Below, in pieces: positions 25,220 to 39,200 of a stretch of 64,000 nucleotides of DNA. The translations under genes and the position numbers were made by a program. Origin of the DNA: Azolla caroliniana. Lineage: Eukaryota; Plantae; Polypodiophyta. The stretch covers positions 15,934,001 to 15,998,000 of the forward strand of contig JBHGNT010000006.1 of the NCBI GenBank assembly GCA_043228905.1. Direction: 5' to 3'. The notes beneath the pieces are model-generated. The model ran no database searches. It was not told where the DNA came from and saw nothing but the letters and a program-made list of their open reading frames with translations. Position 1 is the first letter of the stretch. Every line of letters begins with the position of its first letter.

Positions 25220-25559
25220 CTTCTCTACTCTTGCTTTCTTTTTCACGCTTTTTTTAGAACTTTTTCATCTCCTATTTTTAGCTATGATCGTTTGTTTGAG
25301 ACTGTGTTTTGGTGGCCTGCTTTTTCTTCTTTTACTTTTCTCCATGTTTCTTGCTTTTAATTTGACTTATCCTCAAGACCTTGGTTCGTGTTCTTGACCT
25401 CCGGATGTGAATGCTCCATACCTTATATTCTTGTAGTGTTCAAGGTAAAACACTTTCATAGTATCAAGCACCGCCTAGAGACCGTTGGGGTATCGGCCCG
25501 TAGATATCGGTGTGTGCAAGCTCTAGGGGGTGTCATACCATCTCATAATGGAGAGAGTG

Positions 25560-27380
25560 AAGACTTAAGGTCTGTTTCCCATAACGACAATGCTCGCAAA
25601 ATTCCGTCTTCATCTAGAGTTTCGGGATGTAGCCAATCACCATCAACTGGTCTAGTCTGGCTTGAGACATATGGCCTAGTCGGCCATGCCATAAGTTAGA
25701 TTCCGATGAATCGGCTAAGTTCACGTTCCCTTCTAGACTAATCTCCATCGATGGGTACAAGTTGTTGTACTTGTATTCGCAACCAATAAATTCATGTTCC
25801 CTCAGCTGATCATCCATGACGAATCACTTAGAGTGGTCTGATACTCGGCTTCGGCTAGCATGTTGATGGAGACCATACTCCTCTTCCTCTTGGGCACATG
25901 TCGTACTCAGTGCAGAGTGATTGAATTATTGTTTGGCAATTGAATGTGTCCCTCGCCGATCCTTGCAATGACGCACCCATGCCCATTGCCGAGTCGGACT
26001 GTGCCGCTGGCTCCAGCCGAATAGTTTGAAAACCATTAAATATCGGGGTTACGTGAAAAGGGGCGTCGGAGTCCAGCAACCACGTCCGTGCATCATGCAT
26101 ACTATATAGGACTTCTTCGATCGTAGAGTCCTCTAGGGAAAGGGTTCCTCCTAATCGTGAATCGGCAACACTAACTTGGTTGCCAGTAGGAGAACGATTC
26201 AAATTGGATTATCATGTCGCCTGATCAAATCACCGACCTTTCTCTTTTCTTTTTATCGACCAAGAGTCGGAAATGTTCTGGCCGGCCTTTCTACAATGTG
26301 TGCAGAAGGCATTCAACCGACCATTCCTTAATTTTGACCTTTGTCGATCGTCTCTCCTTCTCGGCTGACTGGTGGTTCGGCCAATTCTTTTGGCTTGTTC
26401 TCTCAATCGGTCAGTTCGTCTGATCAGCTCAACCAAGTAGTGGGCTTCTGCCGATTTGTCGATGGTGAGGCCCATCGATTTTCGCCGAATATCCTTAGTG
26501 AGAACTTGTATGATCGTTTCGTCCAGATTCAAATTTGGACAATTGCTAGCAAATGTCGTGCAGAATACCCCCCAACTCACCGGCAAGCTCGAAAGGAGGG
26601 CAAGGGCTTTAACTTCTTCTTCGAAGTTAATCCCTTGGGAGGAGAGCTCTGACAACACCCGCTTGAAGGTGTTGATATGGGAGGTCGTCGGATCCTTCTC
26701 TCTCATCTTCATATTGAATAGTTGTCGAATCTGTATGAGCTTCGATGAGGACTTTTTCTCGTACACGGCCTAAAGTTTCTTCCACGGAGAGAATAATGTT
26801 GATGTCTCCTTTGCCATGCTAAAATAGACGTTTTCAGCCAAGTGCATTCTAATGGTGGATCTAGCAATTTCGTCCAGGGATCTACACTCCTCGGTTGACA
26901 CTGAAGCAGGTTGAGCATTATGTTGTATGGCTTCTACTTGTTGTTGGATTATCAGCACATCTTGCATCATTTCCTTCCACACGGCGAAGATCTTTCCGTC
27001 GAACTTCTAGATTTCCACACTAGTCCCAATTTGTGTCGCTATTTTTTTGGAAGTAGATGATGTTAGCTCGGTCTTTTTCTTTCAACTAGATGACTTCTTT
27101 TCTTCAGCTTTCTATTGTTTGTTGCCACTTTGATACCAGTTGTTGTAGATATGATGATGACATGTAGCAAAAGATGAGAACCTATACAGTGTGTACAACA
27201 AACAACACAGATAAACTGGTTATGAAGATTCCAAGAAGATGAACAAGATTCCAGAAGTACCGTTGAGCTCTAATGGAAACTCTTATTTCTCTTATGAGAA
27301 CCCTCTCTATACAATGTTACAGTTGGGCTTATATATCCTCAAGCCCTAACTTGGGAACGTATTCATACTTAAGGATACAA
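25560..27380 (-). mobile_element. Degenerate Copia element G (LTR, PBS, gag, PR, GAG-pre-integrase)
   Basis: PBS tgatacca at 27131-27138, LTR from 27141. Gag 26230-27030 (YEKKSSS..LIQIRQLFNMKM; CTHCRKAG), WLLDSDAPFH, LWHGRLGHMS. Confidence 0.8.
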
Positions 27381-27384
27381 TTTG

Positions 27385-27660
27385 GAAGGAGTTGGCCTTT
27401 TATGCAAACACGTGGTGAGTCTTCGGATAATGTCTACTTGCCTGTCATCTACATGTAGTAGAATTTCCAAGCGTGCCATTTTATCTCGGACCTTCCATGT
27501 TTTCCATTCTTCTGATGTTTTATCTATTGGTTCTTCGCAAGTGCCATCCACAACCTCAAGAAGCCCTTCAATATCTAGTACCAATTCTATCTTCGACTTC
27601 CAATTTTTAAAAAATTTCTCCGTTAACTTATGTAAGACATTAACTTTGACGGAAGGAAAT
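27385..27660 (-). pseudogene. Copia gag N-terminal fragment
   Basis: KLTEKFFKNWKSKIELVL...LLEVVDG...EW..W..RD.MA..I.L.V pattern. Confidence 0.7.
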
Positions 27661-28559
27661 GAAGACAAAGGTAAGAGGTAAGAGATTACAAAATAGATAT
27701 TGGAATTAACACATGAACTTGTACATGTATTCTTAGATGTACTCACACACAAATATGTGGTACTGTAGTGATTCAATTACATTTGAAATGTGATTGTTGC
27801 AATTGTAACAATCACTCCTATTTTTAGATAATGCTACCTATCCAATTAGTTTTTATTTAAAATTAGAGTTATTTTCAACGGACTCCACTCCCAGAGATAA
27901 ATTGCTTCAATTTCAAAAGTCCACATTTGGTAAGTGACTGCCCTACAAACATAAAAATGAAGTTCTTCGTAGGGAAACATATAAATTTTCATGGATTTAG
28001 ATAATGGTCAAGACTTCGATTGGTACTCTTTCTCACCAATAAATGAAAAACATTACATAGCCAAATTCCATGCTGCAAATTCGACACTATTGTTGCTTTA
28101 ATATAACACCAAAACATCCCCCAAAAAACCAAGGGCTTCAAACAAGCGACTCACCAAATGCAAACACATGACAAAATGTGCATATATGTGATAAGTGTAT
28201 ATTCGCTTAAAACCAGTTTCATAATAAAGTCAAAAAAATGTAACAAACATATGATAATTGTCATATGTATATGAATTCGAAGTTATATATATCCAATGAT
28301 GACATAAAAATACATATGTAACGGTCATGTGAATTCAAAGTATATATCTAACAATGATGTAAAAGTAGGGCATGAAGTTTCCAAAACATGTTCAATGGGA
28401 TAGATAAGACTAATGGCTTGAATACTTATTATGCATGGTTACAAGTGGGGAGGAAGGGATATTTGTTGCATGCCTCCTTGCATTAAAGAAGGGGAATGTG
28501 TGTACAGTATATGTAATGTGATGAAAGAAGTGCGAAATACATATATATGCATGCGTCAA

Positions 28560-31065
28560 TCAAGATGGGACTACAAGGGGAGATGGTGGCACCGGCTTGC
28601 CTTTATGGAGCCATTCCCAATTGCCATCTTCTGCCTCAACAAAATGTTTGGGTGCCCAAACAATGCCCTCTTTTTTTCTTTGCTTGGCCAGGGCTCTTTG
28701 CCTTTCTTCAACCTCATGCTTACTTCTCCTCGCCATCTCCCAATCCCTTCGTGTTATTCCGGCCATTGCCCCCTTCCATATAACCAATGACTCTGTCTGT
28801 GCGAATTCATCCTACATTCATATTGAATGATACATCATAATGAAGTATCATAGCTTTTTGGTATCTTTTTTTTCTTTCTTCCAAATTTTTTCTTTTTCCC
28901 TTTTTTCCACGACTTTTTAACTAAAACAAAACAAAAATTTTCTTCGTTTTTAACCCCAAATAAAACACTTTTTTCGTTTTGCATTTATCATTCTTTTCCC
29001 TGCTGTGTATTCTTAGTGTACCATTCTTAATTGACACCGACAAATCTATATAAAACATTATGAATGAAGCCCTCACCGTCTCATTTCGGAATACCGGGGC
29101 CTTCATGTTGCTTAGGCTGGCCATGGCATCAAACAATATGGACATTTCCCCTGTCTTCATATTCTTGAGCGTCACTACTCTAAAACATGCAATCCAGCAA
29201 ATATTACTGCTATTTTGGTGGTGCCTAATGAAATTAAGTTAAAAGTACTAGTATGTAGCATGGTTTTATATGCTAATCTCACCTGTTCCAAGCACCACTA
29301 ATATCATATAGCAAACATTTGCTATGTACATCCCAAACTTGACCCATGACTTGACCCACAGTTCCCCTCAAACCAAAGCAAGTTTTTGTTTTGAAAGCTA
29401 TAGTAGCTTCAAGGCCAGATGACACACATTTCACAGTTGAAGTGCTCACAAACTCATTTCCTGGGGCTGGAAAGAATCGAACCTGAATCCTCGGGTATGT
29501 GTATGTATAAACCTCGTTATGCGAATCAAGCCAGAGGGTACTCGCCCCACATACTTCAGCCTCCATTTTGTTTCCTGATGCATGTCCATGACAAGTTACC
29601 ACAGGTTTTATTCATTATTAATAAGCAATAATACTCGTGCAAGTGAAAACTTTGTGAGATTACCATAAAAATGTGGTCGAATATGACGGGTCCATTGTAA
29701 CCGAATTTTACGAGCTTCATTAGTTGCATAGAGGGCCGAAATGGGTGGATGGTGTGAAACCTGTACATATGTGATACACACTATATTGTTGTGAGAGATT
29801 CTTAAAGGACGGCACATAAGCATGATAAATAAATAATGATATTCACAATTTCAGACGTTAATGTGGCTTAGTACCTATCGTTATGAGCTTCAACAAGGCA
29901 AGGCAAAGTATACATGGTGTACAATCACTTCAGAAGTAGAGAAGGACTCCCTAATCCAAAGTTACATAGAACAATATGATTTGTCCCTTGTTATAAATAA
30001 GGAAACCAAAAGCTTTTGTAGGTTCTTTGCCTATTATTAATTGGGCAAGTGGCTACACTGTTGTTCATACAATCTTGATCTGTGCTAATTCCTAGTTCAA
30101 GAAACACGAGGAGGAAAAGTAGGGTCCTTCCGAAAACAGAAAAACTTCTTGTGATTTGGAGGTGTATATTTAACATTCATAAATACACATACACGTATGT
30201 ATGTAATGCAATGTAATGTAATGTTATGTATGATTGTGTGTGCCTGTGTCTGTCTCTGTGACTGTGACTGTGCATATATACATATGGATGATGCATACGT
30301 CATGTGCATAGAATACGAATACATAGAGATAGGCATGAATGGTTTGAGCGTGAGGAATCCAGGACTAGCTTGCTTTTACCTGTTCAAGCAAGACATTGAA
30401 ATGTGGGGAGGAAACATGGTGAGTTTCTCCGAGGGTTGGGTTCAAGGGAGCGACACCAAATGGGTACAATCTGAAGGTAGAAAGAGTCCAAGCAAGCACA
30501 CGAAGAAACCTTTGGAGCGGGGTGGTCCATGTCCATGGATGTGAACAACATGATGCCCCTACCAAATCCTCACCGCAACAATACACACTCTCTCCATAGC
30601 ATTGCAAGTATGTCTTAGGTATGTTGAATTTAATCGGAACCTAAAGTAAGTAAGTAAGCATATAAAAATTTATGTATGTATCTAACTAAAACTTTGGTTA
30701 ACTGTGCTTACTCAAAACCAACTCAAAAATTAAAAACTGGCAACTCTCTCTCTTCTCTTCTCTCTCTCTCTCTCTCTGTGTCTGTGTCTGTGTATACGTA
30801 TCCTTACTTGAAGTCTCGTAATATCAGCGCCTGGCATGATGTTTCTGACAACTTCCAGTAGTTTAGAGATAGGGTGTTTGATGGGTTTTTGTCTCTCATC
30901 ATCATTATCATGATGATCTTTGGCAAACAGAAGAGGAAATGGAGGTGTGATGATCAGCTCACTTCTTTCATACACACCTGTACCCATATGCTTTTTTGCG
31001 TTGATTGCCGAGGAGGAGGAGGAGGAGGAGGAGGAGGAGGAGGATGGGAAGGGAAGAAACTCCAT
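28560..31065 (-). CDS. ORP4: Oxysterol-binding protein-related protein, ORP4-like; 6 exons, about 420 aa
   Basis: Exons 31065-30808, 30640-30380, 29760-29664, 29574-29283, 29179-29077 and 28811-28560. All introns are GT-AG and the frame stays open (1263 nt). OSBP fingerprint EQ|VSHHPP, plus PLNPTLGETHH, LQCYGESVY, KHEVEERQR and the C-terminal W.W...VPPSPLVVP. The start could be the downstream MGTGV ATG. Confidence 0.93.
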
Positions 31066-31094
31066 TCTTATACAATTTTCAATTTTGTAGAGAG

Positions 31095-31678
31095 AGAGAG
31101 AGAGAGAGAAAGAAAAGAAAGAAAGATGTATTAACGTCTTCTAAGGCCAAATTTGGCCCATGAGACAATTGGTTTACAACAATAGAGTATTTATCCAGTC
31201 ATCACAATTTTGTAGAGAGAGATGAAAGAGCATTCGTGCGTGCGGCTTTTCTCATATGTACATACATACATACATACATACATACATACATACGTAGATG
31301 CATCATATGTACATACATACACACACACACGTGCGTGTGTACATGTCGTTAAGCGAGTGAGTTTGAGTGTGGTCGGAGAGAGGGAGAACCATTGGCAATG
31401 ACATGGATTGTGTTCTCTCCATTTTATGACTTTTTTATGGTCCATTTGTAAACCACCAAGTGCTTTCATGCATGTACATACATATGTATATGTTCGGGAA
31501 GGGGGGGGGGGTGTTTTTGAGATACGCCTACATGAGTGAGTGTACATACGCTTACATATTATGAAAGTTCAAATTTCATAAGTGTACACACACCCATACT
31601 CAGAGAGAGAGAGAAATGTTGTCTCATTCATACATCTAGAAAGTTCAAAATTTCATAAGTGTACACACACACATACTA

Positions 31679-31709
<31 letters not shown>

Positions 31710-31775
31710 ATGTTGTCTCATTCATACATCTAGAAAGTACAAATTTCATAAGTGTACACACACCCATACTCCATG
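31095..31775. repeat. Microsatellite cluster and 3-copy ~75-100 bp tandem repeat upstream of ORP4
   Basis: (AG)n, (TACA)n and (CA)n tracts. The unit aaagttcaaatttcataagtgtacacacac...catacatctag repeats at 31564-31770. Confidence 0.8.
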
Positions 31776-34299
31776 CAATTGTAATCTACAATTCTCTTCT
31801 TCTCTTTCATTAACTTTAACCTTTAGCTTCATATTAGATCGAGAAATGAAATATATTACAAAAAGGCAATCGATAATCATTGAGCTATAAAACAAAAGTT
31901 TTGGAGTATTAATGGGTGTAGAAGGCCAAAATGATAGCCATCAGCCATCAATATATGAGTTCACAATTTACAACAATCAAATGATACACTATATGAATGT
32001 GAAATGCTAACCTAGAGAAAGGAACGGGTAAATTTGAGATACAAGCATTCATATACATTGAATAAGGCATACTAGTAAATTTATCTAACATGAAATTATC
32101 TTTGTACAATTTTGAAAGAGTGTGCGAAAAGAAACTTTCTTCAACTGATTTATTTATTGCCACTTCATCTCTACGCAAATTATATGAATAGAGTTGAAAT
32201 GTCTACCAAAATGGACTTATTAATTTACCGTCAATAAGGATGCATATATACCATACATGCCCATATCTCAACCTGACACTTACATTCTTTTTCTTGTACT
32301 TTTATGCCATTAAATCACAGTGTCCATTCGTCAAAAGTGCGTTGAAATTAGAAAGGAAAGAAGTGTCACCCATGTTAAAATATGTGATTGTGATTGCTCC
32401 ATCCCTTGTTTGTTCCTTAACATTGGAACATGATTTTTCGAGATACTTAATAACACAAGCGAGCTACATTTTCATTGTTTTTCAAGAGAGATGCAATCAA
32501 ATTCTCATAAATTATCTATAATTTTTTCCTTGTTACAATCCTAATTCAATTTACAAAGATACATTAAATTTTTGGAGCACCCAACATATAAAGCACCATA
32601 AATACATGTATAAACCATTGTATCACATTATCTTCCATTGCTTAGAATAGTGGGCATGATTCCATGAACATGCAAGAGTGGTTTATAACACAATATGTTG
32701 GTTGTTACAAGTTTTCCATTACTCCACAATAGTAGGCCCCAAAGTGGCACATTGTTCCATACCACTACTTTCTCATAGCGAACATAGAGAATACAATTGC
32801 TAGACTTCCATGTGTTGGTGGTGAAGTTATCCATGTCATGTAAAACAAATTCCTTGTTAACTTCTTGACAAATGGTTGCAATTCTTTCTCGTGTATGATT
32901 TTAGTACTCTAGGATAGTAGGCATCAAGGTGACCATTGGTTCCATAACACAATCGTTTGATGACATGCCTGTCATACTATTGGCTCTACTGTGTTTCCCC
33001 AAAAACATAGACATCAACATGACCAATGGTTACATAAGACTATCACTTCATAGCTTGATTGTAAGACTTTTATATCATCAAGCTTTATTCATAGCATGTC
33101 CCCTCATCAAATTTGGATGTCTTTTATTAGCCATCAACAATCCTCACTTGTTTTTGTATCAATAAAACCCACCCAAACATCTGTATGTGTGAGTTTGATA
33201 AACATCCCTTTCACATTTAAGACAAGGGACCCACATGATTATGACACTTACTTCATTATGTATTTGGCTTGTCTCGACTCTCCCATCTTTATTGCATTAT
33301 CCATTATTACTAACCATTACCAATGGTGGAGTGATAATTCATTCCACTTGCATTGACTCTCCACGATGAATTTTTTTTTGGCGGGGTGGTGCATATATTA
33401 TATAAACACTACCATCTATGTGTGTCATTGTCAACGGGAAGAAGTTTTGCAATTTGCAACCTTTCTTTCCTTTTGCTTAGTTTAATGTATTGCCAACAAA
33501 AGCAAGAAAATGTTGGTAAGTTTTTTCCACTATTTTAATGTATGTGTGTTTGTAATTTTAACTCTTTAAACAATGGTCAAATTTGGCTTATATATCCCCT
33601 TGTTTGTAGGACCTAGAACTAAAACCTTAAGGAGTATGGAAGGAAAAATTCTCTAGTGACATGTGAAGTAATGCAACCAAAAGAAGAGGACAAGATGCAT
33701 GGGAGTCACATCGTACATGCACTTATGAGGAGAATCAATGGAAACACATCGAAGACTATCCATCACACCAATCAATGGTCTGAGCATTAACATGAAAACA
33801 TGTGGACTTACAAGTCACATGAGTCACTTTACCGTGTCGTCATCATGGGAGGACCCAACTTAGAGACCTTATAAAAAGTAGGTCAAGGGAATCATCAATG
33901 AAAGAGAAGATGAGAGGCATAAAGCATATTCTAGTGTGGTCATGTAAGGTTTGATCTACAGGGTAGGAGCTCAAGTTATACCCATTCTAACCTAATGCTA
34001 ATAGAGGATGATGTTGGAAATCTTAATTTTTTTTCCCCGAAAAGAATATCCTTCTTCTAGTTAATCAAACACCAAATTGGCTGCAATGTATAGCTTTAAT
34101 GGAAAGGAAACCAAAAAACTTCTAAAACCATCACATGAAAATAAATGACCAACCAAATATCCGTCCCTTAAGTGAGTTAAAAAGATGAATCTATATACAT
34201 TCAAAGTAGTACATAACAACCAACAAGGAGGTCAGGATTGCTAGATCATCCTACAATCTTCCATCTTGAAACTTGGAATCGAACTCCAAAGCTTCCGAA

Positions 34300-34915
34300 A
34301 AGTTTTATTAGCTCATGAAAGGATATATGTCCTGAATGATGCAACCTTAAAACGACTTTTACTAGCAAGTGCGCATGATTGTAAGTTGGCAGGACATGGG
34401 GGATAGACAAGGACTTAAAGATTGAAGGAACATTATTTTTGGCCCACGATCAGAGGGGAAATCAAAGAATACGCGTGGCGTGGTCTTGCCCAACTTGCCA
34501 AAGGATAAAAGCTCCACATAGACAACCTACAAGCTTACTACAAGCGATGTCAATCCCAAAGGTACCATGGGACGTTATAAGTATGCATTTTGTGATGGAT
34601 CTTCCTCCATCACATGGTCACAACACTATATTGGTGGTGGTTGATTACTTGACCAAACAAGCTCAGTTTGTGGCAATGAAGCCACTGATAACAACGCACA
34701 CCGTGACCAAGGTCTTCTTCAAATATGTTTTCAAATACCATGGATTGCCATCGACAATAGTTTCAAATCAAGACCCTTGCTTCACAAGTGGATTTTGGCA
34801 AGACTTGTTCCAGGTCATGGACACGGAGCTAGGAATGTTTTCCTCACACCACCCCGAGACAAATGGACAAATGGAATGCCTTAATCAAGGCCTTCAAGAT
34901 TACTTGAGGACGGTC
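34300..34915 (+). pseudogene. Gypsy (chromovirus-type) integrase fragment
   Basis: AHD..LAGH.G...YFWP...CPTCQR.K...PWDVISMHFV.DLP...VVVDYLTKQA...HGLPSTIVS...HHPETNGQ.E..NQ. Confidence 0.88.
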
Positions 34916-34979
34916 AATGTGGAATTAGAAACAACATCTTGGTATGAAGATCAACAAGTTTGATAAACTAAAACCAAGA

Positions 34980-36200
34980 TGTTACGGGCATGGCCACAAA
35001 TTATCCCGTGGTAAGATTGTACCTTAGTATTCTATACACGTGGATAAAGTGTGAGGGTTAAATGAGAGTGTAAAGAAGGGAGGATTACTTTTAATCCTAG
35101 GAATTGGGACAACCCATAAGGGTCAAGTCTGACCTTGCCTAGGGGCCTTAGGTCTGGCTATAAATATGAGGGCTAGTTGGCCTCATTAGTAGATGAATCG
35201 AATATGTCGAGACTCTGCTTAAGTGGTGATCATACTCTTGTAGTGAGCGTCCCAATACCAGGTATGACTCAATGCCAGGGTGGTGGTATGGGACGCCGAT
35301 CGAGGCTCAAGTCCGTCTCGATCCCTTTGTTGGGGGGTGGTTGGGTGGATCGACACCCTTCTTTCTCTCTCTTCTCTATTTTCTTAGATCTTATATTTCG
35401 TTATCATACACTTACATTAGGATCTGGCTCTAACAATTAGTATCAAAGCATTTTTTTCTAATGTTTCTTTTGTTGACTGATTTTTTTTCCTAATCGATGT
35501 ACAATCGAGCTTGATCCAGAAAGGTATCAACAAAGGAACTTCGGTACTTCCTTAATTTTTTTCTATTCTTTCTTCTCCCATTCTAATCATGTTTATGTCA
35601 TTATGTATTAATTTCAATCATTAAAAAATATGTTGTAGTGGTAATCATTTGGTTGTATAAAATGTACATGTGTATGTGTATGAGGTCAATACCTCAATCG
35701 CCATGTATTTGATATGCAATTTGTGTCGTATGCGTAAGAGGTCAAAACCTCAATTGTGTATTACGTTCACTTACATATGTTACATTTGCGAATGAGGTCA
35801 ATCCCTCAATGTTATATATTGGATATGTGATCTGTGTTGTATGTGTCAGAGGTCAATACTTCGATTGCGTATTACGTTCACTCTTGTCTTTTTGGATGTC
35901 CCATGTGCGTAGAGGCTATATGCCTCGGTATCTTGTTTACATAATTGATTGGTTTATGTTTGGTTAAATTTGTTCGTTTATATATACATAGGTGATTACA
36001 TGTATACGTATGTGATCATATACATGTCATAAACCTATAGTGTATATATTAGTTATTCATTACGTGACATTACTTTATCGATGGTTGTCTTTCGGAGTAA
36101 GGATCTCGATGGCCGTCCTCACATTTTTTTGAGAATGGCGTAGTCACCATCCTTTTTCAACAATTTTTTTTTTGTTATCCCCGTTTGTCACCTTGATTTC
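34980..36200 (+). mobile_element. LTR with degenerate iMet PBS and repetitive 5' UTR; no coding region
   Basis: TG...CA LTR 34980-35435 with tataaata. tagtatcaaagc at 35438-35449. gaggtcaatacctcaat repeats at 35680-35880. Confidence 0.65.
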
Positions 36201-39200
36201 GTAATATATAACAACAAAACAAGCATAGCCACAATGTAAGGGCTTGATCCACTTCATGTGAGGTTGCCCCTATGACACATGTATCCAACATTCCTCACTC
36301 GTTACATGATTACGATGCCATCATGAGATCATCATTACGAAAGACATTCATAATGACGTAACCATGTGATGGGTCACATAGGCCTACTACAAAATGATGG
36401 CTAGCGTTGGCTTGACCATTAGGTTGTTCCTTATGGTATGTCATTGTAATGACGAGACTTGAGGTTGGATCACATACTAACATAGTTGTCTAGTTAACAA
36501 GGTGGAAAAAAGGTTTCTAGACACATATGTTTTCTTTTAAAAAACATATATGACCAAATGCCTTCACATATCTCTTATATGCATAAACATTAAATATTCA
36601 AAAGGAGCAAACCATTTGGTTAGCTCAAGTGTTTAATGGATTTGTTCTCGAGGTCTCGAGTTTAAATATGACCAAGACCATACAACATTATTGATACATA
36701 TGACTATAAATCATGTTTAGACTTTAGGTCTAAGTGCACTTCAGGGTCCTCGTAATAGAACATAAAGAGCCGAAACCACATGGGTGGGCATAGAGACACA
36801 GTTTATTGTTAACATTTTTTAGTTGCGAAAGTGTAGACAAAACCGGCTAAACCGGATAACAATAGAACACATAGATCAAGGTTTAATGGAAGCTTGAATA
36901 CAATACATGGGAGAGACAGAGTAAGCGCAGAACAATGAAAGTCAATTTCAAAATTACTCAAAAAGACGTGTACATACAACTGTGCTTTACAACACTATTT
37001 ATACAAGTCCTTCAAGGACCGACTAAAGTACTAACAAGTACTTTAATGCTCATACAGAGCATCAAACACTGACTACAAAAAATATGCCTATGTACTAGGC
37101 TAGAGTTTTAAGCCTCTAATGGCCTATCGGTTTCAATCTGATCCCAATTACGATCCGGCTCTCCAATCTCACTCATGGTTCCGGATACCGATCCGGCTCT
37201 AGCTTATTTAGCCGATCCGGATCCGGTTGAGCTTGTCTGCTCAACAGTCCCCCTCAAGCTCAACTTGAGGTCAGATTGCAGTGTTTGTTTTCGCCAATCT
37301 CTGTTGTCGGCTTCTTCTGGTGTCCCTACGCCTTGCTTGCGCTCCTAGACCCATTCGGTCCCGTGCACGTCAACCTTCTCGGTCCGCTTGTCTGCTCCCT
37401 TGGCCTATGTTGTATTGGCACTCCTCAACCCATTGGTTCTTCCATGTCTGCGTCGACTTTGGCTGCCCTTTCATCCTGTAAAGAATCAAGGGTGATTCTG
37501 TACAATGGAAGGACTATGTGTGTGTGTGTATGTGCACATGAGACAAGAGAGAGAATGAGAGAGAGAGAACTATAACAAGAAACTGTATATTACATCCAAT
37601 AGTAACTAAGTTACAAAAGGGTTGGTTTAAGTACCAACTAGGCTAGCGCAAATACCCTTTCAACTATTTACAAAACTAGCCTGGTATGTCCATGAGCTAG
37701 TGTGAAACCTATCTCTATGGGAAGTTGAGTTCGACTCTCAACACGCCCCTTCGAACACAACTTCCATCTGTCGAAAAGTTGTTTCGGTTCGGTCTTCGAA
37801 GTCCGGCTTCCGACTTTCGTAATCCTCAAACTGGATTGTTGGGCTTTTCGGCTTCGTGCCATCATGCTCTGACTAGTCGTGTCGGTTGCTTATCAGCTGC
37901 TTTCATGTTGGGCTGTTGTACTCCCCCTCAAGGTCTCCAATGTAGAGATTGTGAGATCGAGGTCCGGTGCGAATTGCCCGAGTTTGTCGACTCCCAAGGC
38001 CTTCGTAAATATGTCAGCAACTTGAAGGTTCGTACTGTCTTGGAGATCGATTTTGCCGGCCTGAACACGCTCGCGAATGAAGTGGTAGTGCACTTCGATG
38101 TGTTTAGTCTGCGCGTGGAATATGGGGTTCTGAGCGAGCTAGATGCTGCTCATGTTATCGTAGAAGAGGCGAATTGGATCCGTAATGGGAACGCCCAGGT
38201 CCTTCAAGATGCGTTTGAACCAAACAGCTTCGCATGCAGTGATTGCCGCGCCCCTGTATTCGGCCTCCGTGCTTGAGAATGCGACTGTCGGCAGTTTCTT
38301 GCTGCTGCAAGAGATCGCTCTACTACCGAGTGAGAGGACGAATCTGGAAGTGGATCGTCTATCGGCCTTATAACCGGCCCAGTCTGCGTCTGTGTACCCT
38401 TCGAGTCGAATAAGTGTGTCTGACTTATACATGATGCCATAATCCATCATCGTACTGACATACCGAAGTATCCTCTTAGCGCAATCGAGATGATCATTTC
38501 GTGGATTCTACATGAATTGGCTAAGTAGGCCGATTGAATAGTTGAGATCGGGTCGTGTGATGGTTAGATAAATTAGGTAGTCGTTCAGTTGTCGATACTA
38601 AGTCGGATCGCACTCGGCTATGCCCAAATCGACATTGAGCTTGAGATTTCAGTCGAGAGGGGTAGCCACGGGTTTGCACTCAGTCATTCTGAACTTGTAG
38701 CGTAAGTTGAGAACGTAGTGTCGTTGAGAGATCAAAATCTCAACTGGTGTTCAAATTACTTCGATGCCAAGAAAGTAATGGAGCTCGTGCATGTTATGTA
38801 CACATAACGTTGGTGAGGGTAGGTCACTAATATTTACATTAGTGAAGGGTATGTTCACTAATGTTTAAAAGGGGACTAATGATTGGATAGAAGGAATGAT
38901 AGGTGCATGCACTATCATGATTTGGACAACCAATGAATGGAGAGCCTTTTAGAAAGGCACATCTATTCAAGGGGCCTAGGAAAAGGTATAAATATGAGAC
39001 TTAGCTACCCTCATAAGGACATTATGTCGGAAGGTTGTTGTCTTAGACATCAGTGGTGTAGGCTAGGCTTTCATCTCCACGATCGTGTTGGTCTCTTCCA
39101 AGGTATTAGTCATCCTAATATCCGGCGATATGGGACATCGGTGGTAGGTTGGCTATGTCTAGATAATAGCTCGGGGGTGGTCGGGTGAACGGGTTCGAGC

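Noticed and set aside
31870-33540. Possible decayed CACTA/MULE-type accessory ORF on the minus strand
   Set aside because: Only short broken ORFs with no motif I can assign confidently.
36615-36780. tRNA-derived SINE (tagctcaagtg...gagtttaaat)
   Set aside because: The boxes are too degenerate and no boundaries can be defined.
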